This document shows, piece after piece, positions 11,065 through 20,846 of a stretch of DNA of 56,744 bases (positions are counted from its first letter, which is position 1; each line of letters starts with the position of its first letter). The position numbers were made by a program, and so were the translations under genes. The notes beneath the pieces were generated by a model. The model did not search any database. It was not told the origin of the DNA and saw nothing but the letters and a program-made list of their open reading frames with translations. Source of the DNA: Candidatus Omnitrophota bacterium. Its GTDB lineage: Bacteria; Omnitrophota; Gorgyraeia; Tantalellales; Tantalellaceae. The stretch is taken from contig JBDRKO010000009.1 of NCBI GenBank assembly GCA_043813915.1, positions 1 through 56,744 on the forward strand, in the 5' to 3' direction.

Positions 11065-11238
11065 TAAAAATATTACCCTTTTTGCAAAAAAGGCCTTTTA
11101 CCTTCATTTATACCGTCACCTACCATCTCCTTTTTTCATTCTTAAATAATGTCCGAGCTGTTAAACGTTTTATTTAAAGACAGTTAACCGCGTCAAGTTC
11201 CGGTCACGCGATACCTCGCTACATAGCCCCCTGACGGG

Positions 11239-14200
11239 TCAACAGCATGTCTTTGATATTTTTTTTCTTATATCCGTCTCTTTTTCTGCCGTCCCATGAT
11301 ATTCCTGAAGGGTCTTCGGAGGTATGCTTTTTCTTTTTTTAACCTCCTCTATTCCCTCTATGCTGGCCCGGGCCGCCGCTATAGAAGTTATATAAGGGAT
11401 CTTCCTCTGAATGGCCATCATCCTTATGTAACTGTCATCATGCTTGCTTTCTTTACCTATAGGGGTATTTATCACAAGGTGAAGCTCTTTATTTTTTAAA
11501 GCATCGGATATGTTCGGTCTTCCTTCATGCAATTTTTTTATCTCCGTATTAATTACACCGTTTTCGCTCAGATACTTACTCGTCCCTTTTGTGGAGAATA
11601 TATTGAATCCCAGGGCCGTGATCTTCCTGGCTATAGGCAGAACCAGCGCTTTGTCTTTATCCGCTACCGTAAGCAGGACATTCCCCTCCGTCGGAAGTTT
11701 TGACCCCGCGGCTTCCTGGGCTTTATAAAAAGCCCTGCCGAAAGAATCCGATACCCCCATCACTTCCCCCGTGGCTCTCATCTCGGGGCCGAGCAAAGGG
11801 TCCACTTCAGGGAACATATTGAACGGAAAGACCGCCTCTTTTACGGCGGTAAAAGTTATCCTCATTTTTTTTAGTTCCGGAAAATCGCTTATTTTTCTGC
11901 CGATCATGATCTGAGTGGCTATTCTGGCCATTTGTATCCCGGTGACCTTTGATATAATGGGGACGGTTCTTGATGCTCTGGGATTGGCCTCAAGGATATA
12001 AACAACACCGTCGCATATCGCGTATTGTATATTTATGAGACCCACGACATTGAGTTCTTTAGCTATGATCTTAGTATACTCTTCCATCTGTGCCAAATGT
12101 TCCTTTTTAATGGTCCGGGACGGAATGGAACACGCCGAATCTCCCGAATGAACTCCGGCAAGCTCTATATGTTCCATAACAGGAGCGACGAAAACATTTT
12201 CTCCGTCCGACAGAGCGTCCACCTCTGCCTCTATCGCGCTTTCAAGGAATCGGTCTATCAGCATAGGATGTTCCGGGCTGACCTTTATGGCCTCTATGGC
12301 GTATTTCTTCAAGGAATCTTCATCGTAAATGATCTCCATACCCCGTCCTCCCAGCACAAAAGAAGGCCGAACCATCAAAGGAAATCCTATTCCCCCCGCG
12401 ATCTCAAGCACCTCGCCTAGGTTCCGGGCTATTCCGCTTTCCGGCTGAGGTATCTCCAGCTCTATCATCTTTTCCCTGAAATGTTCCCGGTCTTCGGCAA
12501 AACCTATGCTCTCAGGAGACGTCCCCAATATCTTTACACCGTTCTCTTTCAGTTCCTGGGCAATATTGAGCGGGGTTTGTCCTCCGAACTGGACTATCAT
12601 TCCATCGGGTTTTTCCTTCTCGTATATCGCCAGAACATCTTCTACCGTGAGCGGCTCGAAATAAAGCTTATTGGAAGTATCATAATCGGTCGAAACGGTT
12701 TCCGGGTTGCAATTTACCATTATGGACTCATACCCCGCGTCCCGGAGCGCGAACGCGGCATGGACGCAGGTATAATCGAACTCTATACCTTGGCCTATCC
12801 TGTTCGGTCCTCCCCCGAGTATCATTATCTTTTTCTTTCCGCTGACAGGGACTTCATCCTTTATGTTCTTATACGTCGAATAATAATACGCTGCGTTGTC
12901 AACTCCGCTTACGGGAACCGCTTCATACCGGGGCATTATGCCGGCGGATATCCTTTTTTTTCTGACATCCTTTTCGCTTACACCGAATATATCCGCCAGA
13001 TATTTATCCGAAAAACCCCATTCCTTGGCCTTGGAAAGTGTTTCGGTCTTAAGCGCTTTCCACCCCGCGGCGGACATTTCTTTTTCAAGTTCTGCCAGTT
13101 CTTTCATCTCGCTGATGAACCATTTACCTATGTAGGTCAGATCATGAAGGTCCTCTACGCTGACCCCTCTCTGTAAAGCTTCGTACATAAAAAATACCCT
13201 TTTGCTTGAAGGATGTGACAGTTTCTGGCGCAATTCATCGTCCGAAAGACTTCCTATCTCACTGTCCAGCCCCAACCCGTACCGTTTGATCTCGAGAGAA
13301 CGTATGGATTTCTGGAACGCCTCTTTAAATGTTTTTGCTATGCTCATCGATTCCCCGACTGCCTTCATCTGGGTCCCGAGTATATCCTTGGCCTGCGGAA
13401 ATTTCTCGAACGCCCATCTTGCGAACTTTACCACCACATAATCTCCGCTGGGCGCGTATTTTTCAAGGGTCCCTTCTTTCCAATACGGCATTTCATCCAT
13501 GGTCATCCCTGTAGCCAGTTTTGTGGATATCAAAGCTATCGGGAACCCCGTAGCTTTGGAGGCAAGCGCGGAAGACCTGGAAGTTCTCGGGTTTATCTCT
13601 ATTACCACAAGATTGTCATTTTCGGGGTTATGCGCGAACTGGACATTGGTCCCGCCTACGACACCTATGGCCTCGACTATCCTGTAAGAAAGTTCCTGCA
13701 TCCTGTCCTGCAATTTTTTCGGCACAGTAAGCATCGGAGCGGTACAGAAACTGTCCCCGGTATGAACGCCCATAGCGTCAACATTCTCTATAAAACATAC
13801 CGTGATCTTCTGGTTCTTCTGATCCCTGACGACTTCCAGTTCCAGCTCTTCCCATCCCAGAACGGATTCTTCTACCAACACCTGATGGACAATACTGGCG
13901 GCCAAACCCCGCGTTACGATAGTCCTAAGTTCTTCGACATTATACGCAATACCGCCGCCGGTCCCTCCCATAGTGTAGGCTGGTCTGAGAACAACCGGGT
14001 ACCCGAGTCTTTCCGCTATAGCTTCCGCTTCTTCGACCGAATGACTGGGCTCTGACTCAGCCATCGGAACACCGATTTTATTCATCGTTTCCTTGAACGC
14101 TATACGATCCTCTCCTCTCTCGATGGCATCCGGCTGCACTCCGATTATTTCGACCCCGTATTTTTTCAGAACTCCCGACTTATATAGCTCTGAAGAAAGA

Positions 14201-14490
14201 TTAAGGCCCGTCTGTCCTCCAAGATTAGGCAATAGGGCATCAGGCCTTTCTTTTTCTATTATTGCCTCGAGACTTTCAGCCGTAAGCGGTTCTATATAGG
14301 TCCTATCAGCCATACCGGGATCCGTCATGATGGTCGCGGGATTGGAATTGACCAGGACTACTTCATATCCGCCTTCTTTCAAAGCTTTGCACGCCTGTGT
14401 CCCGGAATAGTCGAACTCACAGGCCTGTCCTATGATTATCGGCCCTGACCCTATGATCAGTATCTTCTTGATGTCCTTACGTCTAGGCAT
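11239..14490 (-). CDS. carB: Carbamoyl-phosphate synthase large subunit
   Basis: MPRRKDIKKILIIGSGPIIIGQACEFDYSG, duplicated ATP-grasp halves, C-terminal MGS domain. Confidence 0.98.
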   Translation of the reverse strand: MPRRKDIKKILIIGSGPIIIGQACEFDYSGTQACKALKEGGYEVVLVNSNPATIMTDPGMADRTYIEPLTAESLEAIIEKERPDALLPNLGGQTGLNLSSELYKSGVLKKYGVEIIGVQPDAIERGEDRIAFKETMNKIGVPMAESEPSHSVEEAEAIAERLGYPVVLRPAYTMGGTGGGIAYNVEELRTIVTRGLAASIVHQVLVEESVLGWEELELEVVRDQKNQKITVCFIENVDAMGVHTGDSFCTAPMLTVPKKLQDRMQELSYRIVEAIGVVGGTNVQFAHNPENDNLVVIEINPRTSRSSALASKATGFPIALISTKLATGMTMDEMPYWKEGTLEKYAPSGDYVVVKFARWAFEKFPQAKDILGTQMKAVGESMSIAKTFKEAFQKSIRSLEIKRYGLGLDSEIGSLSDDELRQKLSHPSSKRVFFMYEALQRGVSVEDLHDLTYIGKWFISEMKELAELEKEMSAAGWKALKTETLSKAKEWGFSDKYLADIFGVSEKDVRKKRISAGIMPRYEAVPVSGVDNAAYYYSTYKNIKDEVPVSGKKKIMILGGGPNRIGQGIEFDYTCVHAAFALRDAGYESIMVNCNPETVSTDYDTSNKLYFEPLTVEDVLAIYEKEKPDGMIVQFGGQTPLNIAQELKENGVKILGTSPESIGFAEDREHFREKMIELEIPQPESGIARNLGEVLEIAGGIGFPLMVRPSFVLGGRGMEIIYDEDSLKKYAIEAIKVSPEHPMLIDRFLESAIEAEVDALSDGENVFVAPVMEHIELAGVHSGDSACSIPSRTIKKEHLAQMEEYTKIIAKELNVVGLINIQYAICDGVVYILEANPRASRTVPIISKVTGIQMARIATQIMIGRKISDFPELKKMRITFTAVKEAVFPFNMFPEVDPLLGPEMRATGEVMGVSDSFGRAFYKAQEAAGSKLPTEGNVLLTVADKDKALVLPIARKITALGFNIFSTKGTSKYLSENGVINTEIKKLHEGRPNISDALKNKELHLVINTPIGKESKHDDSYIRMMAIQRKIPYITSIAAARASIEGIEEVKKRKSIPPKTLQEYHGTAEKETDIRKKISKTCC

Positions 14491-14523
14491 TACCCCTCCT
14501 TGCTCGATGCTTCCCTCTTAGAC

Positions 14524-14563
14524 AAAAAAAAAGAGCGCCCCCGCGCTCGCGCGGAACCGCTCC
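14524..14563 (-). terminator. Intrinsic terminator inside the carB leader (possible attenuator)
   Basis: GC-rich stem GAGCG...CGCTC followed by T9 on the minus strand, ~35 nt before the carB ATG. Confidence 0.7.
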
Positions 14564-14652
14564 CTGACATTTAAAATATGTTCCTTGAATTATGATGTCT
14601 ATCACTTCATTCTGATAGTTTTGCCCCTCTATTACGTCATTGTAATGAGTGC

Positions 14653-14681
14653 ATTTTACAGGATTTATGCTTTTCTTTCAA
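14653..14681 (-). promoter_or_regulatory. Sigma70-like promoter for carB
   Basis: TTGAAA-17 nt-TAAAAT. Confidence 0.6.
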
Positions 14682-14810
14682 GAAGATACTACCCTTTTAA
14701 AAATAGCGCATGGTTACGCGCGATAAGAGCCATTCTCGCCGCGCGGTTGAGCTATACGATTTATGGAGTCAGAGGCGCCGAGAAATGTGTTATGTGTGAT
14801 GGGTGATGGG

Positions 14811-15024
14811 AGAACCAACTTTCGCATACCCAGGATATGGGGACATCCTCCGAACCCCCGTGTTTTGTTTTGCGGATGCAAAACAACGGGGGAAGGGAAG
14901 TGTCCCGTTTACGAGGGAAGCAGTCTAAAAGTCGAAGGTGGAAGTTCTGGGGACACTCTTCCCGTGGGAGTATAAACCCTGGTCGAAGAATGTCCCCAGA
15001 ATATATTTTTATTTCTGTTCACGC
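14811..15024 (+). repeat. Module B, full copy (two GGGACA...TGTCCC hairpins)
   Basis: Near-identical inverted copy at 52041-52255. Confidence 0.9.
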
Positions 15025-15078
15025 TATACTCTATACGCTATACGATATGCAAATTAACACCATGCTCTATGCTGAATT

Positions 15079-16794
15079 TTATTTTTTCTTCGCTTTGATC
15101 TCTCCGACTATATACTCAAGAAATTCATCCCTGGCAACAAGCACGGATTCTTTCGCCGCGCGATCCTTGATCTCTATTTTACCCTGATCCATACTTTTCT
15201 TGCCTATTATGATCTGAAAAGGAAAACCGATAAGATCGGCGTCCTTGAACTTGATCCCGGCGGACCTTTCCCTGTCATCTATTATTACGTCTATTCCCGC
15301 TCTCTGCATTTCTTCATAAACACGTTCGGCTTCGCTATTAAGCTCTTCATTTTCTTTTTTGAGCGGGATCACTACGGCCTCACACGGGCTTATCGACAAA
15401 GGCCATATGATCCCGTCCTTGTCATAGCTCGATTCTATAAGTGACGCCAATATTCTGTTAACCCCGATCCCGTAACAACCCATCACGGCAAAGCGTTCCT
15501 TCCCCTCTTTATCCAGGAATTTTGCCTGCAGCGGTTCCGAATATTTTGTTCCGAGCTTGAATGTATGCCCGATCTCTATTGCCTGTTCTATAGCGACCGT
15601 CTTCCCGCATTTAGGACAAGGGTCGCTTTCCGTTATACCCCTGGCGTCTATCCACCCGTCGACATCAAAATCCCTTCCCGGGCAGACATTGATCAGGTGT
15701 TTATCTTTCTTGTTCGCTCCCGTTACGGCGTTCCGGAGGGCAAACAGGCCGTTATCCGCGAATTTCTTTATCCCAAGACCGACCGGGCCCGAGAACCCTG
15801 CCGGAGCGCCCGTGAAGTTCTCTATCGTTCTTTCATCCGCCAGTTCAAGGGTTTTGCATCCGATATGTTTTTTTATTTTGGTCTCATTGGCTTCATGATC
15901 TCCCCTCACAAGAACAGCCATGGGTTCTTGATCGGAAAGGTATATCAATGTCTTGATAATGCCCGAGCCCTCCGTCTTGAGAAATCCGCTTACATCCTTA
16001 ACGCTGCTTATCCCGGGCGTATCCACTTCCTTCATTTCGGGATATTTATTCTCATCAGCACTGTTTTCCTTCAGCGCTTTCACCTCGGCGACTTCGGTGC
16101 TTGCGGCATACCCGCACGAACCGCATACCGCTATCCTATCCTCTCCTATCTCGGCGGGGATCATGAATTCGTGGGACACACTGCCGCCCATAAGCCCGGG
16201 ATCCGCTTCAACCGGAATAAAAGGCAGTCCGCATCTCTCGAAAATACGGCAATACGCGTCATACATGGCCTTGTAGCTTTTCTCCATAGAACCCGCGTCC
16301 TCGTCAAAACTATAGGCATCCTTCATTATGAATTCACAGCTGCGTACCGTCCCGAACCTGGGCCGCACTTCATCCCTGAATTTGGTCTGTATCTGGTATA
16401 GCGTGATAGGAAGGTCCTTATACGAACGTATTTCGCCTGAAACCAGGCTTGTTATTATCTCTTCATGTGTCGGCCCCAAAGCCACTTCCTTTCCGTGCCG
16501 ATCGGTATACTTGATCATCACTTCACCCATATCATCATACCTTCCCGTACGCTTCCACAGCTCGACAGGCTGAAGCGCGGGCATCAGGAGCTCTATGGCT
16601 CCCGCTTTGCCCATTTCCTCGCGTATGATATTCTCCGTTTTGCGCAGCGCTCTGTACCCCATAGGCAGATATGTATACGCTCCCGCGGAAAGCCTGCGTA
16701 TAAGACCCGCCCTCATCATAAGCCTATGGCTTACGGCTTCCGCTTCCTGCGGATCCTCTTTTAAAGTAGGTATGAATGATCTTGACCACCTCAT
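15079..16794 (-). CDS. proS: Proline--tRNA ligase
   Basis: MRWSRSFIPTLKE, LGPTHEE, FRDEVRPRFG, editing insertion, MGCYGIG. Confidence 0.97.
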   Translation of the reverse strand: MRWSRSFIPTLKEDPQEAEAVSHRLMMRAGLIRRLSAGAYTYLPMGYRALRKTENIIREEMGKAGAIELLMPALQPVELWKRTGRYDDMGEVMIKYTDRHGKEVALGPTHEEIITSLVSGEIRSYKDLPITLYQIQTKFRDEVRPRFGTVRSCEFIMKDAYSFDEDAGSMEKSYKAMYDAYCRIFERCGLPFIPVEADPGLMGGSVSHEFMIPAEIGEDRIAVCGSCGYAASTEVAEVKALKENSADENKYPEMKEVDTPGISSVKDVSGFLKTEGSGIIKTLIYLSDQEPMAVLVRGDHEANETKIKKHIGCKTLELADERTIENFTGAPAGFSGPVGLGIKKFADNGLFALRNAVTGANKKDKHLINVCPGRDFDVDGWIDARGITESDPCPKCGKTVAIEQAIEIGHTFKLGTKYSEPLQAKFLDKEGKERFAVMGCYGIGVNRILASLIESSYDKDGIIWPLSISPCEAVVIPLKKENEELNSEAERVYEEMQRAGIDVIIDDRERSAGIKFKDADLIGFPFQIIIGKKSMDQGKIEIKDRAAKESVLVARDEFLEYIVGEIKAKKK

Positions 16795-16800
16795 ATTATC

Positions 16801-16866
16801 TCCTTAATTTTCATGGAATGAAAATTAACCTTGAAGATGCGACGAACAGGAGCATCTGAAAGGTCT
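16801..16866 (+). repeat. Module C, single diverged unit
   Basis: TCCTTAATTTTCATGGAATGAAAATTAACC...AGATGC...GCATCTGAAAGGTC; homologous to the 58-bp array at 39431. Confidence 0.85.
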
Positions 16867-16912
16867 TCTTCATATCATTTTTCTTATTCACTTTTCGTGA
16901 AACGAAAATTAA

Positions 16913-16949
16913 CCCCCCGCGCTTAGATTTCGAAGAAATCTGCGGGGGG
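16913..16949 (+). repeat. Module D hairpin, copy 1
   Basis: CCCCGC.CTTAGATTTCGAAGAAATCTGCGGGG; second copy at 31983-32016. Confidence 0.75.
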
Positions 16950-16959
16950 CGCCTCTCTC

Positions 16960-17165
16960 CTCAGTCCGCTTTAGCGGACTGCATGCCACAATCTTCCGAG
17001 CTCTTCCCCGCCTTCACCCGTAGATTCAGAGTTACGTAAATAACTTTGTCACCCGAAGGGGCGGGTGTTCACGGCGAGTTCCACAGTCCGAAGGACGAGG
17101 ACTGTCTGAGTCCGGAACACTTGCCCCTTCGGGTGACAGTTTAATAGATTACAAGACACTATGAC
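16960..17165 (+). repeat. Module A copy 1 (~205 bp structured repeat)
   Basis: CTCAGTCCGCTTTAGCGGACTG...GTCACCCGAAGGGGC...GCCCCTTCGGGTGAC...ACAAGACACTATGAC; five co-oriented copies in the window. Confidence 0.95.
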
Positions 17166-17183
17166 TTCTGTTTTCTCTTATCC

Positions 17184-18275
17184 CTATGCTCTATGCTCTG
17201 ATCCCCATTCACTCTCTATTATTCTCACCAACTCTTCTATAGCATGTGACGCATCAACCGTCTTTACTATCTTTCCGTCTTTAAATATAGCACCTTTATC
17301 CTTGCCGAAAGCGATACCTATATCGGCGACTTTAGCTTCTCCGGGACCGTTGACCTCGCAGCCCATTAACGCGATAAGGATCGGTTTATTACGAGTTCGG
17401 GGTTCATAGTTCGTAGTTCGTAGTTTTTCCTTGAACTCCGTTACTATAGAGACGAGATCCACCTGGCATCTGCCGCAGGTAGGGCACGCTATTATCTCCG
17501 GACCGAATTTACGCGATCCGCAAGCGCTTAATATATTTTTAGCCGCATCTATCTCTTTTGAAGGATCCCCCGTCAAGGAGACCCTGATCGTATCCCCTAT
17601 ACCGTCAAGCAAGAGAGCGCCTATTCCGATGCTCGACTTTACTATTCCTTCTTCCGGGAGCCCTGCCGCCGTTACTCCTACATGAAAAGGATGATCGCAT
17701 CTGGCAGCCATTAACCTATACGCGTCCCTGGTAAGGGCTACCCCGGATGATTTAATAGATATCACCAGGTTCTCGAACTTTTTTTTCTTAAAATATTCCA
17801 GATATCTATCGACGGAATCTACCATTACTTCGGCGGATCTTCCTGAAGAGGAATACATCTCGGTTAAAGATCCCGAATTTACCCCTATCCTGATCGGTAT
17901 CCCCTTGTCACTGGCCGAACCTATCACCGCGTCGATATCTTTTTCCTTTTTGATATTTCCCGGATTGATGCGTATTTTGTCCGCGCCGCTAGCGATAGCC
18001 GCTATAGCAAGCGTATGATCAAAATGTATATCCGCGACAAGCGGTATGTTTATGTTTTTCTTGATATCCGCTATCGCCGCGGCGTCTCTATGGTCTTTAA
18101 CGGCCACGCGGATAATTTCGCACCCTCTCTCTTTCAAAAGTGCGATCTGTTTGACCGTGCTCTCAATATCGGCTGTAGCGGTTTTGGCCATAGATTGTAT
18201 AGCAACAGGATACCCGGATCCTATCTTCACCGCGCCTATACTAACTGTCCTGGTTTTTCTGCGTACTATATCCAT
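17184..18275 (-). CDS. ispG: (E)-4-hydroxy-3-methylbut-2-enyl-diphosphate synthase
   Basis: IQSM, PLVADIHF, RINPGNI, IRIGVNSGSL, GDTIRVSLT, CPTCGR, MGCEVNGPGE. Confidence 0.97.
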   Translation of the reverse strand: MDIVRRKTRTVSIGAVKIGSGYPVAIQSMAKTATADIESTVKQIALLKERGCEIIRVAVKDHRDAAAIADIKKNINIPLVADIHFDHTLAIAAIASGADKIRINPGNIKKEKDIDAVIGSASDKGIPIRIGVNSGSLTEMYSSSGRSAEVMVDSVDRYLEYFKKKKFENLVISIKSSGVALTRDAYRLMAARCDHPFHVGVTAAGLPEEGIVKSSIGIGALLLDGIGDTIRVSLTGDPSKEIDAAKNILSACGSRKFGPEIIACPTCGRCQVDLVSIVTEFKEKLRTTNYEPRTRNKPILIALMGCEVNGPGEAKVADIGIAFGKDKGAIFKDGKIVKTVDASHAIEELVRIIESEWGSEHRA

Positions 18276-18289
18276 AGTGTTTGTTGGGG

Positions 18290-18528
18290 TTATCTACCCT
18301 GGTTAACGCTGCCAGGTAAATGATCTGGTTTTATGCTAACCTGGCAGCTTCTAACCAGGTTAGCATTTTTACTTTTATTTCTCCCATTACACATCACACA
18401 TAACACATTACACGGCGCTTCGTCCCTCGTCCTTCGTCTTTCTTCCTTCGCCCTTCGTTCATATTTGACTCTCGTACACTCTGACACTTTGACACTTTTT
18501 CTCGCTTCTGACTTCTACTCTCTACCTT
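18290..18528. repeat. Intergenic mosaic: CTAACCTGG/CCAGGTTAG hairpin pair plus heptamer tracts (CACATAA, CGTCCTT, CTGACTT types)
   Basis: Two related inverted units at 18294-18363, then CCCATTACACATCACACATAACAC...GGCGC, also seen at ~14775-14810 (inverted), ~37960 and ~39895. Confidence 0.65.
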
Positions 18529-19635
18529 CTACTTCCCCGCCTCTTCCACCTTCACTTCGCTGTTAGCTCTGTCTCCAAGCGGTGTAAATTTCACTATATC
18601 ATTCCAACTTACCATGACCGCAAAGGTTATAAGAGCGAAAACCGCTATCTGAGTTATCCATTCCTGGACTTTAACGCTCAAAGGACGGCCTTTTATTTTC
18701 TCCATAACGAGGAATATAATATGCCCTCCGTCCAGGACCGGAAAAGGTAAAAGATTGAATATGGCCAGCGCCATACTGACATGCGCCGTTATCAGAAGAA
18801 GCGGTATAATACCTAACTCGGCGGCCTGACCCATAAGATGGGCTATACCTATAGGGCCCGATACAGAGGTCTTCATGGGCATCCCGCCGGTTATAAGCAT
18901 CCATATACCCTTATATGTCATTCCGCTAAGCACCAAAAGTCTTTTTCCGCCGTGATACATAGCCTGAACGGGATTGTAAGAAACCGATATGATCTTATTC
19001 TTCGGAGCTATTCCTACCATGGGCCTGGATATTTTTTGCCCGAATATGTTGGTGATAGTAGATATATTCGGAGTTACTTTGATAGAAAGAACACGCGCTC
19101 CTCTCTCTATCTCGATGTCCAGTTTCTCCCCCGGCAAAGATCTCTTCTTTATCGCTTCGACGATATCATCCCAATATTCGGTCCCGGATCCGCTTATAGA
19201 AAGTATTTTGTCCCCGACCTTTATCCCGGAGGCTTCTCCCGGGTAGCCCTTAAGGACTTCGCCCACTTCATTGGAAAGAGTCGGTATCCCGGCCATAAAG
19301 ACCACGCTGAAAAGGATGAACGCGAAAACATAATTTGTCAGCGCTCCCGAAGCCATCACCCAGAAACGTTTACCGACCGGTTTGGATGCCAACTCATCTG
19401 TCCCGCCGGAGGCTTCCGAAGGGTCTTCTCCCGCCATTCTCAAATATCCTCCGAACGGAAGCATGGATATCCTGTAATCGGTCCCGCCGATCTCCTTGCC
19501 GCAAAGTCTTTTCCCGAAGCCTAAAGAGAACGCTTCAACTTTGACCCCCGCTCTTTTTGCGGCGACAAGATGCCCTGCCTCATGTATGAGTATCAGAACA
19601 CTGAAAACAAAAATAACTATAATAGCTGTTAACAA
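18529..19635 (-). CDS. rseP: RIP metalloprotease RseP
   Basis: HEAGH, FSLGFG, PDZ domain, NLLPFPVLDGGH. TTG start at 19635 behind GGAGG. Confidence 0.95.
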   Translation of the reverse strand: MLTAIIVIFVFSVLILIHEAGHLVAAKRAGVKVEAFSLGFGKRLCGKEIGGTDYRISMLPFGGYLRMAGEDPSEASGGTDELASKPVGKRFWVMASGALTNYVFAFILFSVVFMAGIPTLSNEVGEVLKGYPGEASGIKVGDKILSISGSGTEYWDDIVEAIKKRSLPGEKLDIEIERGARVLSIKVTPNISTITNIFGQKISRPMVGIAPKNKIISVSYNPVQAMYHGGKRLLVLSGMTYKGIWMLITGGMPMKTSVSGPIGIAHLMGQAAELGIIPLLLITAHVSMALAIFNLLPFPVLDGGHIIFLVMEKIKGRPLSVKVQEWITQIAVFALITFAVMVSWNDIVKFTPLGDRANSEVKVEEAGK

Positions 19636-20771
19636 GATCTCAACACCTCCTCTTGCGCCCATCTTTCCGCCTTGATAATATCATCAAGCGATGGATCTTC
19701 TACTTTTTTATGACATTCCAGGACCGTATCTACGAGTTCCGTTATCCTGGTAAATATAATTTCCCCGTCAAGGAACATACCTACCGCTTTTTCATTAGCC
19801 GCGTTCAGCACGGCCGGGAATGTCCCTCCTTTTTCCAAAGCCCCGCGTGCCATATCGATCGAGGGAAATCTTTCTCTGTCGGGTTCGCAAAAAGAAAGGT
19901 TCTTTATCGCTGAAAAATCCACCCTTGGCAGATCATTCTGGATAATATCCGGATAGGAAAGCGCTTTTAATATGGGGAACCGCATATCCGGGCAGAACAT
20001 GGAGGCGGTTATAGTACCGTCGTTAAATTCCAGCATAGCATGTATTATCGCTTCGGGATGTATTACGACCTGTATCTTGCCGGGGTCAACATCGAACAGC
20101 CACCTGGCCTCTATAAGCTCTAGACCCTTGTTCATAAGAGTTGCCGAATCTACCGTTATCTTTCTCCCCATATCCCATTTAGGATGCGCCAGCACGTCTT
20201 TCACGGACAAACCGTCAAATTCCCGTTTTTCTCTTTTCCACAGTGACCCGCCGCTTCCGGTTATATACAATCTCTCTATATCCTTAGAGGTCCTGCCCGT
20301 CAAACACTGCATAATTGCGCTATGCTCGCTGTCTACGGGAAGGATCAGAGAACGGTGGTCGGCGGCCAGCTTCATGATCATCTCACCGGCCGATACTATA
20401 GGTTCTTTGCTGGCCAGAGCGATCTCTTTGCCGGCTCTTATTGCCGCGACCAGCGGTTCTAAGGCCGCTGTCCCCGATATGGCCAGAAAGACCGTATCGT
20501 TCTCTCTGCTCGAGGCTATTTGGCAGATCCCGGGGGTGCCGGAAAGCACCTTCGTTCCCGCGGGAACTTTCCCCTTAAGTTCTTTATACAGCGTATCGTT
20601 GCCTACGGCAATAACGTCCGGGGAGAATTCTTCCGCTTGACGCGCCAGATCTCCCACGTTATCGTTAGCTGTTATGGCCGTTATACGGAACTTTTCGGGA
20701 TTTCTCCTGACCACGTCCAATACGTTCTGACCTACCGAGCCTGTTGAACCAAGAAGCGCTATATTTTTCAT
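19629..20771 (-). CDS. dxr: 1-deoxy-D-xylulose-5-phosphate reductoisomerase
   Basis: LGSTGSVG, LPVDSEHSAI, HPKWDMGRKITVDSATLMNKGLE. Confidence 0.97.
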   Translation of the reverse strand: MKNIALLGSTGSVGQNVLDVVRRNPEKFRITAITANDNVGDLARQAEEFSPDVIAVGNDTLYKELKGKVPAGTKVLSGTPGICQIASSRENDTVFLAISGTAALEPLVAAIRAGKEIALASKEPIVSAGEMIMKLAADHRSLILPVDSEHSAIMQCLTGRTSKDIERLYITGSGGSLWKREKREFDGLSVKDVLAHPKWDMGRKITVDSATLMNKGLELIEARWLFDVDPGKIQVVIHPEAIIHAMLEFNDGTITASMFCPDMRFPILKALSYPDIIQNDLPRVDFSAIKNLSFCEPDRERFPSIDMARGALEKGGTFPAVLNAANEKAVGMFLDGEIIFTRITELVDTVLECHKKVEDPSLDDIIKAERWAQEEVLRSC

Positions 20772-20796
20772 ATTTTTCGTGTACCGTGCCCCTATT

Positions 20797-20842
20797 CCGT
20801 GTCTCGTGTCTCGTGTCTCGTGTCCCGCGTCCCGAATCCCGT
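20797..20842 (+). repeat. Heptamer tract (CTCGTGT)n
   Basis: CGTGTCTCGTGTCTCGTGTCTCGTGTCCCGCGTCCCG between cdsA and dxr. Confidence 0.75.
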
Positions 20843-20846
20843 GCTC

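Noticed and set aside
14585-14630. c-di-GMP-I or lysine riboswitch in the carB leader
   Set aside because: GGCAAA and AGAGG seeds are present, but the GNRA/GACGCAAA P2-P3 pattern is absent and the leader is too short for a lysine aptamer plus terminator.
14585-15187. Short ORFs within mosaics (also 18290-18566, 32041-32474, 36695-36877, 38223-38405, 39506-40064, 45476-45679, 49700-49954)
   Set aside because: They are translations of repeat modules with no SD or protein signature, and their frames are not consistently kept between copies.
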